From an uncultured Phycisphaerales bacterium (GTDB taxonomy: Bacteria > Planctomycetota > Phycisphaerae > Sedimentisphaerales > Anaerobacaceae): a DNA stretch of 64,000 nt. The notes under the pieces were generated by a model. The model was not told the origin of the DNA. It made no database searches and saw only the letters and a program-made list of their open reading frames with translations. The stretch covers positions 384,001-448,000 of the forward strand of contig OY970359.1 in the NCBI GenBank assembly GCA_963718665.1, in the 5' to 3' direction. Positions within the stretch are counted from its first letter, which is position 1. The number at the start of each line of letters is the position of its first letter. A program made the translations under genes and the position numbers. Below are positions 30,441 through 39,539 of this stretch, in pieces.

Positions 30441-30705
30441 ACAATTGTTAGCGGCGCAAAAATTGTGGCAAAATAACAGCGGCAGTAATGGGAAACAAAC
30501 CATTGCTGCCGCTTTACTTTTTGCCGTCTGCCCGATTGTGCTGATTTCTCCGGGAATCACTTTAACAGGGTTTAAATCTTTCCGTTTTCCCTTGACTGTC
30601 TGTCCGCAAAACCTATGATTAAAACCGTCTTGTGCGGGGGTACACGCAGCAGAACCAGCCGCATTTTGTGGAACGAAAAAATCAAAAGAATACGGGTTAT
30701 ATGCT

Positions 30706-32598
30706 GTGGATTCAGGACATCGCGAAAAGCGGGTAAAACTGCTCATATGCATCGGCCTTGTGGCAGCCACATTTGCCACGTATGAGCCGACACTGCATAA
30801 CGGCTTCGTCAATTACGACGACGATAGATACATAACCCAGAATCCTCGCATAACCAAGGGGATAACGCAGGATTCCGTCGTCTGGGCATTTACACAGCCG
30901 CACTACTATATGTGGCATCCTCTCACCACGCTAAGCCATATACTGGATTGCCAGCTTTTTGGCCTGAATGCGTCCTGGCATCACCTTGTCAGCTTGTTGA
31001 TTCATATTGTCAACGCCCTGCTTGTGTTTTGGGTTCTCACCAATTTAACAGGGTCAATCTGGCCCGGCGCATTCATCGCGGCGGTATTTGCGCTGCACCC
31101 GATGCAGGTGGAATCGGTGGCGTGGGCAGCCGAGCGAAAGACGGTGCTAAGCGGATTATTCTGGTTTCTAACAATATCCGTTTATATCTGGTACACAAAA
31201 CGGCCGGGCACAGCACGATATATATTGCTGTTTCTGGTCTTTGGCCTTTGTATTATGACCAAACCCGTCGTCGTAACGCTTCCACTTGCCCTGCTTTTGC
31301 TGGACTACTGGCCTCTTGAACGGGTCAAATGGGAACTCAGCATTAAACCTTTAACTCCAAACGCCCAGGCCAAGCGAAAGATATCGGCTGCACTATTGAT
31401 AATAGAAAAAATACCTTTGCTTATATTGTCCGCTGTGCTGGCCATGGTAACATTCATCTCGCAACAAACCGGAGATGTGGTCAGCTCGCTTGAAATACTG
31501 CCTCTCAACCTCAGAATCGCCAACGTATTTATTTCCTACATAAAATATATCGGCAAAATAATTTGGCCGAGCGGACTGGCAGTTATTTATCCATATTTTA
31601 ACTTAAATCTTACAGACGCCACGGTGATTATTTGCACCCTGTTGTTTGTCCTGGCAACAATTTTCTGCATCTATATAGGCCGTCGCAGAAAGTATGTACT
31701 GGTCGGCTGGCTGTGGTATGTAGGGACGCTCGTCCCGATGATCGGACTTGTTCAGGTCGGTGCGCAGTCGATGGCCAACCGGTATATGTATATATCGATT
31801 CTGGGTCTGCTTGTCATTGCGGTCTTCGCCGTCAAAGAGTTTGTTGCCGACAACGTTCGCCGGAAAATTTTGGTCGCTGTATCAGCCGCAGGTTTGCTGT
31901 TTACCCTCGGTATTCTCACCCACATGCAGGTCAAACACTGGCAGAATGACTTCACTCTATTCGGATACGCCATTGAAGTCACCGAAAATAACGTTGTCGC
32001 AGAAAGTGGTTTTGGAAGCGCTTTGTTTAGAGCGGGCCGATACAACGAAGCTGTGCCGCATCTGACCAAAGCTTTGCGGATATCCCCTGCGTATTCCAAC
32101 GCCCGCAACGACCTCGGTATGGTTTTTCTGAAACTGGGAAAACTTAACGAGGCCAAAGCGTGTTTCGATGAGCTTATAAAACAAAAGCAGAGTTCCCCCA
32201 AGGTATATGTGAATCTCGCAGTAACTTACGCTCAACAGGGTAAGTATGACTTGGCAATGCAGAATTGCGCCAAAGCGGAGCAGTTAAAGCCAGACGACGC
32301 TGAATCGCTCAATAATATGGCCTGGCTTTTTGTCACCATCGGCGACACATTCGCCCAGGACGCCAACAAAGCGATAGGTTACGCCCGGGGTGCCTGTGAG
32401 CTGACGGCTTATAATAACGCGGACCATCTGGATACCCTCGCTGCCGCCTATGCCGCTGCGGGCAAATTCAACGACGCGATAGCAACTGCCGAAAAAGCTT
32501 TAAACGTCGCTAAAGCCGCGGGGCGGGAAAATACATTTCGTGAAATCCAGGGTCGGCTTGAGCTTTACAAGGCAGGCAAGCCATACCGCGAAAAATGA
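30706..32598 (+). CDS. GT-C-type multi-TM protein with C-terminal TPRs (TMTC-like glycosyltransferase)
   Basis: FVNYDDxxYITQN acidic loop, WHPLT, FALHPMQVESVAW, ANRYMY, TPR tail. Confidence 0.78.
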   Translation: MDSGHREKRVKLLICIGLVAATFATYEPTLHNGFVNYDDDRYITQNPRITKGITQDSVVWAFTQPHYYMWHPLTTLSHILDCQLFGLNASWHHLVSLLIHIVNALLVFWVLTNLTGSIWPGAFIAAVFALHPMQVESVAWAAERKTVLSGLFWFLTISVYIWYTKRPGTARYILLFLVFGLCIMTKPVVVTLPLALLLLDYWPLERVKWELSIKPLTPNAQAKRKISAALLIIEKIPLLILSAVLAMVTFISQQTGDVVSSLEILPLNLRIANVFISYIKYIGKIIWPSGLAVIYPYFNLNLTDATVIICTLLFVLATIFCIYIGRRRKYVLVGWLWYVGTLVPMIGLVQVGAQSMANRYMYISILGLLVIAVFAVKEFVADNVRRKILVAVSAAGLLFTLGILTHMQVKHWQNDFTLFGYAIEVTENNVVAESGFGSALFRAGRYNEAVPHLTKALRISPAYSNARNDLGMVFLKLGKLNEAKACFDELIKQKQSSPKVYVNLAVTYAQQGKYDLAMQNCAKAEQLKPDDAESLNNMAWLFVTIGDTFAQDANKAIGYARGACELTAYNNADHLDTLAAAYAAAGKFNDAIATAEKALNVAKAAGRENTFREIQGRLELYKAGKPYREK

Positions 32599-32638
32599 CC
32601 TCCGGTAGGTAACACCTTTGCAACGATTCGTCCCAGCT

Positions 32639-34024
32639 TTATTTTTGCCGCTGCGAAGGATGAAATAAATCGGCTAATTGCTTTGTGATTTGAGACCTGC
32701 GGACCTTCCGGCGGATATCCTTGAACTGCGGGTGGTCGCCCATAATGAGCGTGCCTCTTTCGATGGTTTCAGTCGCGTCGGCAAGCCGATTCATCGCAAG
32801 ATAAACAACCGCCGAAGCGCGAATCGCCAAAACGTGTTGCGGGTTTATCTCCATAGCGCAGGTGAAAAACTCAATGGCATCATCGAGCCGGCCTTTAATC
32901 GCGTTGGCCAGCCCCAGGTAATAGTGTGCATCCGCGTCGCTTGAATCAATATCGAGTGCCCGTAACAGGCAATTCGCCGCACAATCGAGCGTATCGTCCT
33001 TGTCTTCGCCCTCGGCTTTCTCAGCGATAACCAAAAACATCGAAGCCATCGACACAAGCACATCCGCGTCGTCGCTCACCAGCTTTATCTCCGAAGCCAG
33101 AAATGTTTTTGCCTTTTCAAGGTCGCCTCGCTCAAGTGCGTACTGTCCCAGCCGATATCGAGGACCGGCCAGCATCGTATCTCGTTCAAGCGCCTGCGTA
33201 AAATACTTCACCGCGCTGGCCTTGTCCCCCGCGTCAAGAGCAACGTCGCCCAGGTAAAACAACGCCATTGCCGTATCGGGCCTCAGCTCAAGGGCACGAT
33301 GGAATTTTTCCTTCGCCGACTCTACATCGCCTCTTTCGAGCAGAAAGAATCCGAAATCTACGATTACCTCCACGTCTCCGGGATTTATACGCAACTCTTT
33401 AAGAAAGTGCTGTCTGCTGCGTTCGGTTTCACCTTCCGCCCACAGTGCCTGCGCTATATGGTAATTGATTTGCGGATGCGAGGGTTCCATCTCCGCGGTT
33501 TTCATCCAGCAGTGAATTGCCTTTTTGAACTGCCCGCGGGCAAATAAACTGTTGCCTATGTTATAATAGCAAAGAGCGCAATCCGGATTTATCTGCTGCG
33601 CCAGGTAAAACATCTGCTCGGCCTGCTCGTGCAGTCCCATTTCCGTATAGGTGATTATCCTGTTACAGTAACACGGCTCAAAGCTCGCGTCCAGCCCCTC
33701 GATGTGCTCAAAGGTCTGGATGGCAAGGTCATAATTTCCTACCCGCGTGTAATCGACCGCCAGCGAGTTGAGAATCTCAAGGTCGCACGGATTCAAAGCA
33801 AGGGCCGCCTCGTAATCTGCTATTGCTTCCTCGAATTTGCCAAGCGAATCAAGCGAAAGCGCCTTGTTAAAATGCAGTGCACAATTCGCAGGATTTGTTT
33901 CAAGGGCGTCGTTAAGCTCTGTGATGGCCTGAATTACCTTGCCGTCCTCATAAAGCTCAAACGCCTTTTGCGCCTTCTGCTCGCCGCCGTCAAAAGATTC
34001 GTATGGCTGCTCGTCAAAAATCAT
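32639..34024 (-). CDS. Tetratricopeptide repeat protein
   Basis: Multiple TPR units, e.g. YYNIGNSLFARGQFKKAI, HYYLGLANAIKG. Confidence 0.9.
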   Translation of the reverse strand: MIFDEQPYESFDGGEQKAQKAFELYEDGKVIQAITELNDALETNPANCALHFNKALSLDSLGKFEEAIADYEAALALNPCDLEILNSLAVDYTRVGNYDLAIQTFEHIEGLDASFEPCYCNRIITYTEMGLHEQAEQMFYLAQQINPDCALCYYNIGNSLFARGQFKKAIHCWMKTAEMEPSHPQINYHIAQALWAEGETERSRQHFLKELRINPGDVEVIVDFGFFLLERGDVESAKEKFHRALELRPDTAMALFYLGDVALDAGDKASAVKYFTQALERDTMLAGPRYRLGQYALERGDLEKAKTFLASEIKLVSDDADVLVSMASMFLVIAEKAEGEDKDDTLDCAANCLLRALDIDSSDADAHYYLGLANAIKGRLDDAIEFFTCAMEINPQHVLAIRASAVVYLAMNRLADATETIERGTLIMGDHPQFKDIRRKVRRSQITKQLADLFHPSQRQK

Positions 34025-34044
34025 AGAGCCACTCCATTTAAATT

Positions 34045-34118
34045 AGAATTTAGAATGTAGAATTAAGAATCGAATTAAGCGGTCTTATTTCTAAATTCTG
34101 AATTCTTCATTCTTAATT
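34045..34118. repeat. Inverted pair of heptamer arrays (AGAATTN / ATTCTNN)
   Basis: agaattt agaatgt agaatta agaatc ... attctga attcttc attctta. Confidence 0.75.
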
Positions 34119-34395
34119 GCTTATCGCCAATCCAAAGCCCGCGGTTAACCGGTTTTTGGCCACTGTCTTATGACGGCAAACAAACGGAAATTTCACTGGC
34201 AATATCGCCCGTAACATCTTATAATTGAACAAGTTAGCTAAATTAGGCGGGCTTTATATGCCGGTATGATTTGGCTGACGCGGTTGTTTTTATGGAAAGC
34301 AGGCCGTAATGGTCTTATAATGTACGTGGTAGTCGCTCGATGCGCGCGAGTATCGTATATCGAGAAACAGGTACTGAGTTTGGAGATTTGCAAGT

Positions 34396-34860
34396 ATGAT
34401 TAAGGAAATAAAAGGTCAACTCACGGCGGGCAAGGGAAATTACGCCATTGTCGTCAGCAGGTTCAATGAATTCATCACTTCTCGTCTGCTTTCAGGCGCA
34501 ATCGATTGTCTTAAACGCCACGGGGCAAAAGAGGAACAGATAACCGTCGTCTGGGTGCCCGGCGCCTGCGAGATTGTTGTCCCCGCGAAGAAACTCGCTG
34601 TGGCCGGCAAGTTCGACGCGGTGCTTTGCCTCGGTGCGGTAATACGGGGACAGACCCAGCATTATGAGGCCGTATGCCAGCAGGTGGTTCGTGGCATAGG
34701 CCAGATTAACTACGATTCGAAAACCCCTGCGGTCTTCGGCGTGCTGACCTGCGAAACGCTCGAAGAAGCCGTGGACAGGGCCGGGGCAAAGAAAGGCAAC
34801 GCCGGCGCAGACGCAGCTATGACGGCTATGGAAATGGCCAGCGTAATGGGACAGCTTTAA
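34396..34860 (+). CDS. ribH: 6,7-dimethyl-8-ribityllumazine synthase
   Basis: SRFNEFIT, WVPGACEI, LGAVIRGQTQHY, FGVLT. Confidence 0.96.
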   Translation: MIKEIKGQLTAGKGNYAIVVSRFNEFITSRLLSGAIDCLKRHGAKEEQITVVWVPGACEIVVPAKKLAVAGKFDAVLCLGAVIRGQTQHYEAVCQQVVRGIGQINYDSKTPAVFGVLTCETLEEAVDRAGAKKGNAGADAAMTAMEMASVMGQL

Positions 34861-34907
34861 CACATCGATGCTCGTACGGGTATCGAAGAATAAGTATTGA
34901 AAAAATG

Positions 34908-34928
34908 GTAGGGTGTGCTGTGCACACC
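34908..34928 (+). repeat. GTAG-footed REP-like hairpin
   Basis: GTAG-GGTGTGC-TGT-GCACACC. Confidence 0.65.
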
Positions 34929-34947
34929 AGTCAGGAGAGTTTGACGC

Positions 34948-35376
34948 TTGGATCCGAGGACAAAGGCACGCCAGCTCGCAATGCAGGCCTTGTTTCAGCT
35001 CGATGTTCAGGGCGCGTCACTGCTTGCTGATTTGGACGATTTTTTCAGGGAAAACGCCCCTGAACTGCCCGTTCGCACTCTCGCCTCGGACTGGACAAGA
35101 GGCGCCTGGACCAATATCTCCGCCTGCGATGAACTAATAACCGGTGCGGCTCTTAAATGGAAACTTTCCCGGCTTTCGCAGGTCGATAAAAGCATACTGC
35201 GTCTGGCGGTTTACCACCTGAAGTTCTGCCCCGACATCCCGCCCAAAGTTACAATCAACGAGGCAATCGAGCTTGCGAAAAAATTCGGCACAGATAAATC
35301 GCCCTCGTTTGTCAACGGCGTCCTCGACGGCGTCCTGAGAAAAATGATGGAAGTAAAGCAGGAGGCCCCAAAATGA
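34948..35376 (+). CDS. nusB: Transcription antitermination factor NusB
   Basis: RTKARQLAMQALFQ, VDKSILRLA, INEAIELAKKFG, FVNGVLD; TTG start; follows ribH. Confidence 0.95.
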   Translation: MDPRTKARQLAMQALFQLDVQGASLLADLDDFFRENAPELPVRTLASDWTRGAWTNISACDELITGAALKWKLSRLSQVDKSILRLAVYHLKFCPDIPPKVTINEAIELAKKFGTDKSPSFVNGVLDGVLRKMMEVKQEAPK

Positions 35377-36304
35377 GAAAAATTGCGGTCCTCAACCAAA
35401 AAGGAGGCGTCGGCAAAACCACCACTGTCGTCAATACCGCCGCCGCTTTGGCAAATATGGGCCAGCGCACCTTAGCCATCGACCTTGACCCGCAGGGACA
35501 CCTGACCACTCATTTGGGCATCAACACCGACGTGGTTCACGCCGGCTCATACCGTGTCCTCACCCAGTCCGCAAACGTCGAAGCGGAAATGATGCTCGTC
35601 AGACCAAACCTATGGCTGCTTCCCGCCAATATCGACCTCGTCGGAGCTGAATCCGAGCTTGTAAGCGTCGTAGGCAGAGAAACAATCCTCCGAGAAGCAT
35701 TAGCCATTCTGGAAGACAAACTCGATTACATAATCATCGATTGCGCCCCGTCGCTTGGTCTTTTGGCCCTGAACGCGTTAGCCGCTGTTGATGAGATTTT
35801 GATACCGCTTCAGCCGCATTTTCTGGCACTTCAGGGTTTAGGTAAATTGCTTCAAACCGTCTCACTCGTCAACAAGCGAATCAATCCCGCCTTGAAGGTC
35901 AAATGGGTTCTGCTTTGTATGTTCGAAGCCCGCGCGTCGCTGCCAAACGAGGTCAAAGCCGATATCGAAAACTTCCTTTCGAACGCACGCAACACAAACT
36001 GCACTGGTCAGAAGCGCAGATTCTGCCCGTTTATGTCCGCAGGAATATCACATTGGCCGAAGCCCCGAGTTATGGCCAAACGATTTTCGAATACGACCCC
36101 TCTTGCCACGGCTCAACCGACTACAAACAAGTCGCAGAACTCATACACAACCAGATGCAATCGCCAATACTCCCCGTCGAAACACAGCAGCCCCCCATAA
36201 AAATTGTTGAGATATCGCCTGCAAATTCACAGGCCGCTGTCACAGAAGCTGTATCATTAAATCCTTTGCCTCAGACAGAACAACCACAAAATCCTACAAT
36301 ATAA
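35373..36304 (+). CDS. parA: ParA/Soj family ATPase, frameshifted near 36003
   Basis: NQKGGVGKTTT, DLDPQ, IDCAPSLG; C-terminal RRNITLAEAPSYGQTIF lies in a second frame. Confidence 0.85.
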
Positions 36305-36983
36305 GCTGCTCTGGCCTTTGCAGAAGACCTCCGATACATGCGAGAAATTTTGCGGCATAGGGGTCGGGAACGACTCTCGAATCCACGGCTATCGTCAAAT
36401 CGGTGATTTTGCGGATAAGAATTTGACCATCCTTCGGAACGGCGGTTCGCAGTGTGTTGCCAACGTTCAAAATCGTCGTCGCAGGCGGCGGAACAATACC
36501 GATAAATGAATCGATATCGTAAACGCCAAGGTTACTCAGCCCAATTGTCTCGCCGGAAATCTCGTCGAGCGTAAGTTTGTTGCTTCGGGCTTTGTCGGTT
36601 AATTCTTTTTCAAGATTGGCTATCTGGGCAAGCGTCTTTTTGTCGGCTTCTTTGACCACGGGCACAACCAATCCGTGCGGCGCGTTCACGGCAAAACCCA
36701 CGTTGACTGAATCGGCGATTTTTATCGAGTCGCCCTGCAATGAGCCGACCATTAGGGGAAATTCCTTAACCGCAAGGCCAAGGGCCTTGATATAAAAAGC
36801 ATTGGACGTGATTTTGACGCCCAATTGCTTTTTCAGCTCGTGGCGCCTATCCATAAGCTCAGTCGTGTCAGCATCTATCCCCATATAATAACAGGGTTTG
36901 GTCTGCTTGCTCTCAAGCATCCTCTGGCCTATGAGCTTTTGTATCCTGCTCATAGGAATACGCGTTTCAGGTTTTGCCGTCAT
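36294..36983 (-). CDS. Stand-alone 2-oxo-acid dehydrogenase E2 catalytic-domain homologue
   Basis: GLVVPVVKEAD, LSNLGVY; no lipoyl domain; DHR motif reads DSR. Confidence 0.8.
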   Translation of the reverse strand: MTAKPETRIPMSRIQKLIGQRMLESKQTKPCYYMGIDADTTELMDRRHELKKQLGVKITSNAFYIKALGLAVKEFPLMVGSLQGDSIKIADSVNVGFAVNAPHGLVVPVVKEADKKTLAQIANLEKELTDKARSNKLTLDEISGETIGLSNLGVYDIDSFIGIVPPPATTILNVGNTLRTAVPKDGQILIRKITDLTIAVDSRVVPDPYAAKFLACIGGLLQRPEQLIL

Positions 36984-37091
36984 ATTTTACAGTTTTTTAG
37001 TTGCTATTTATTACTTCCGATTTACGACTGGAAGATATAAAATAGCAGATAGCAAAGCGAAAATCAAACAATGTAATTGCGGGAGGCAAAT

Positions 37092-38249
37092 ATGACTGAA
37101 GAATATTCAGTAACTACCAAGGTGTACCCCACCGAAAATATGGGTCTGCTCAGCATGCAGGATATGCTTGCCTATTTCGAGAAAAGAGGAGCGATGCGGG
37201 TCTCGGACCTTCACATCAAGGTCGGCGCCCCTCCCGCTTACCGAATCGACGGCGACATAACCTATCTTAAAGGCAGCCCCGTCACACCCGAAGTCGCCCA
37301 AAAGCTCATATTCCCAATCCTGAGCGAAGATAATATCCACAAGTATCAGCATGACAACGACGTCGATTGCTCATACCGCGTCGGGGCATTGCAGTTCCGC
37401 ATAAACGTCTTTCGCGAAAACGACGGGGTAAGCGCCGCAATACGGGCGTTGTCGCTGGATATCCCCAAAGTCGAAACAATCGGCTTTCCGAACAATATCT
37501 GGGAGGACATTATCGACCGCAAGCAGGGGCTGATACTGGTGACCGGAATTACGGGAGCCGGCAAATCAACAACAATATCGTCCCTGATAGACCGAATAAG
37601 CGAGAAAAAGGCCTCCCGGATTATAACGCTCGAAGACCCAATCGAGTATCTTCTTCCCAACAAGCACAGCATGGTGTCGCAGCGAGAGGTTGGCAGGGAT
37701 GTAAAGTCATTCAGCCACGGCCTGCGGGCAATGATGCGTGAAGACCCCGACGTCATATTCGTAGGCGAGATGCGCGACTCCGAGACAATATCGATGACGC
37801 TTATGGCTGCCGAAACCGGACACCTGGTATTTTCAACCCTCCACACAAGAGACGCCACAGGCACAATAACCCGCATCCTGGATTATTTCCCGACCGGCAG
37901 GCAAAACGAAGTACGCAACCAACTCTCGCTCGGACTTGCGTACATCATTTGTCAGAAACTAATCCCCAAAAAAGACGCCACCGGTCGTATTGCCGCAATG
38001 GAATTGCTCAACAACAACAATTACGCCTGCGCAAACCTCATAAGGACGGGCAAAGTCGAACAGATATACTCCCAGCTTCAGACAAAGACACGCCCCAATC
38101 CTGACGAAAAAATGATGACGATGGAAAGACACCTTGCCCAGCTGGTAAAGCAGGACAAAATCGACCTGCTCGAAGCGAAAAAATGGGCCAACGACCAGAA
38201 ATCATTCGTTGACGCGATGAAAATGGTGGAATCCGCCCCAGGCGAATAA
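37092..38249 (+). CDS. pilT: PilT/PilU family type IV pilus retraction ATPase
   Basis: SDLHI, GITGAGKST, TLEDPIEY, MREDPDVIFVGEMRD, AAETGHLVFSTLHT. Confidence 0.9.
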   Translation: MTEEYSVTTKVYPTENMGLLSMQDMLAYFEKRGAMRVSDLHIKVGAPPAYRIDGDITYLKGSPVTPEVAQKLIFPILSEDNIHKYQHDNDVDCSYRVGALQFRINVFRENDGVSAAIRALSLDIPKVETIGFPNNIWEDIIDRKQGLILVTGITGAGKSTTISSLIDRISEKKASRIITLEDPIEYLLPNKHSMVSQREVGRDVKSFSHGLRAMMREDPDVIFVGEMRDSETISMTLMAAETGHLVFSTLHTRDATGTITRILDYFPTGRQNEVRNQLSLGLAYIICQKLIPKKDATGRIAAMELLNNNNYACANLIRTGKVEQIYSQLQTKTRPNPDEKMMTMERHLAQLVKQDKIDLLEAKKWANDQKSFVDAMKMVESAPGE

Positions 38250-38257
38250 AAAAAAAG

Positions 38258-39157
38258 ATGACGATACAGTTTCACTGTCCCAAATGCGGTTCTCTTATCG
38301 CCTTCACCGACAAACACGCCGGCCAGTCCGCGAAATGCCTGACCTGCGGCCAGCGGCAGATAATACCCAAAAAATCAGACCAAACACCCCAAAAAATCGA
38401 GCTGAAAGTCGAGCCGGAATTTCCCCTGCCCGGATTTTATCGCGCCGTGTTCGTCGATAGCTGGAAGATATTTATCGACAAAAACAACCTGACCTCCCTT
38501 GTGTTCATAATTGCCGCGATATGCTTTAAGTTCTTCTCTGCCGGTGTCTGCTGCATGGCGGTTATAACGTATTTCGCCGTCTGGGGCTATTTTTTCGGAT
38601 TCTATCTGCAAATCATTCGTGAAACCGCCGAAGGCGAAGACAAGCTGCCCGAAATAGAAATGGGGACAAGCATCACGTTTCTGGGATACATATTCAAACC
38701 GATTTTCACCTTTGTATTCGCCGTCTTCATTGTACTGCTCCCATTCATAATCGCCCTCGCGTTTTTCAGCGATAAAGGCGTCACCTGGGAGAATATATGG
38801 GAAACAAAAACAGCCCTGAATCTGGTTCTGCGGGGATTGTTTGTCGCGGGGCTTTTCCTGTTCCCGATGGCCATACTGGTCGCCGCCGTCCTTGAAGACC
38901 TTCCCGAACTGCTCCGTTTTGACCGCCTGTTTGTCCCCGTCATCAGGGCGTTTATTCCGTATTTGGTGGTCGTAGGCCTTCTCGCCGCCGCCTGCTTCAT
39001 CGAAAATAACGCCGAAAAATATGATTGGTCATCGACGCCGCAAATCGCCGGAATACTCGCGATAAACCTGGCCGGTCAGGTTGTCGCGATTATTGCTATG
39101 CGTTCGATAGGGCTTTTTTACAGACACTACGTCTGCTATTTCGGCAAATCGTGGTGA
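38258..39157 (+). CDS. Membrane protein with an N-terminal zinc ribbon
   Basis: CPKCG...CLTCG followed by several TM helices. Confidence 0.8.
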   Translation: MTIQFHCPKCGSLIAFTDKHAGQSAKCLTCGQRQIIPKKSDQTPQKIELKVEPEFPLPGFYRAVFVDSWKIFIDKNNLTSLVFIIAAICFKFFSAGVCCMAVITYFAVWGYFFGFYLQIIRETAEGEDKLPEIEMGTSITFLGYIFKPIFTFVFAVFIVLLPFIIALAFFSDKGVTWENIWETKTALNLVLRGLFVAGLFLFPMAILVAAVLEDLPELLRFDRLFVPVIRAFIPYLVVVGLLAAACFIENNAEKYDWSSTPQIAGILAINLAGQVVAIIAMRSIGLFYRHYVCYFGKSW

Positions 39158-39184
39158 AGTTATACCTGCGTCGTATTGTCGGGA

Positions 39185-39405
39185 AATAAAAAAGGACCTT
39201 TGCGCAGGCGGCGCAAAAGCCCTAACTCGGAAAGAAACTTATATGGCCCCCCCAACCCTTCGCCAGTATGCCTTAACACAGGGCGAGAGTTGTTGTATTT
39301 GCCGATCCTGACTCGGCCCGGAAAGATGGTGCCGGCAGGAACGATATTGGACGGCCATTGTGCCACATTTAAGTGGTGGCTATGTCCGCTTTATCCGCTC
39401 TCTCC
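39185..39405 (-). ncRNA. Candidate structured non-coding RNA (three hairpins, closing stem, terminator)
   Basis: Manual folding; the G-U pairs form only on the minus strand; ends in a 12-bp hairpin plus U-tract. Confidence 0.5.
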
Positions 39406-39501
39406 ATTAAACAATAGGAAATAAAACCCGCCGTGCCAAACCGCCGGATGACAGAAAACAGATGACGGAAAAATAGGGTATCTGCCCTCCGTCCACAGTC
39501 C

Positions 39502-39525
39502 GCCTGTCCTGAGCAAAGTCGAAGG
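39502..39525. repeat. 24-nt REP-like mini-element inserted in a heptamer array
   Basis: GCCTGTCCTGAGCAAAGTCGAAGG. Confidence 0.65.
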
Positions 39526-39539
39526 GCTGTCTTCTATTA

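Noticed and set aside
23312..32600. Genomic island integrated at tRNA-Thr
   Set aside because: No duplicated tRNA 3' end was found by eye and there is no integrase.
34120..34395. FMN riboswitch upstream of ribH (also checked upstream of ribE)
   Set aside because: The conserved RFN motifs (AGGGCGGGGTGAAATTCCC, AGTCCG) are absent.
39420..39442. sigma54 promoter for the candidate ncRNA (TTGGCACG on the minus strand)
   Set aside because: The -12 TTGC element is absent at the required spacing.
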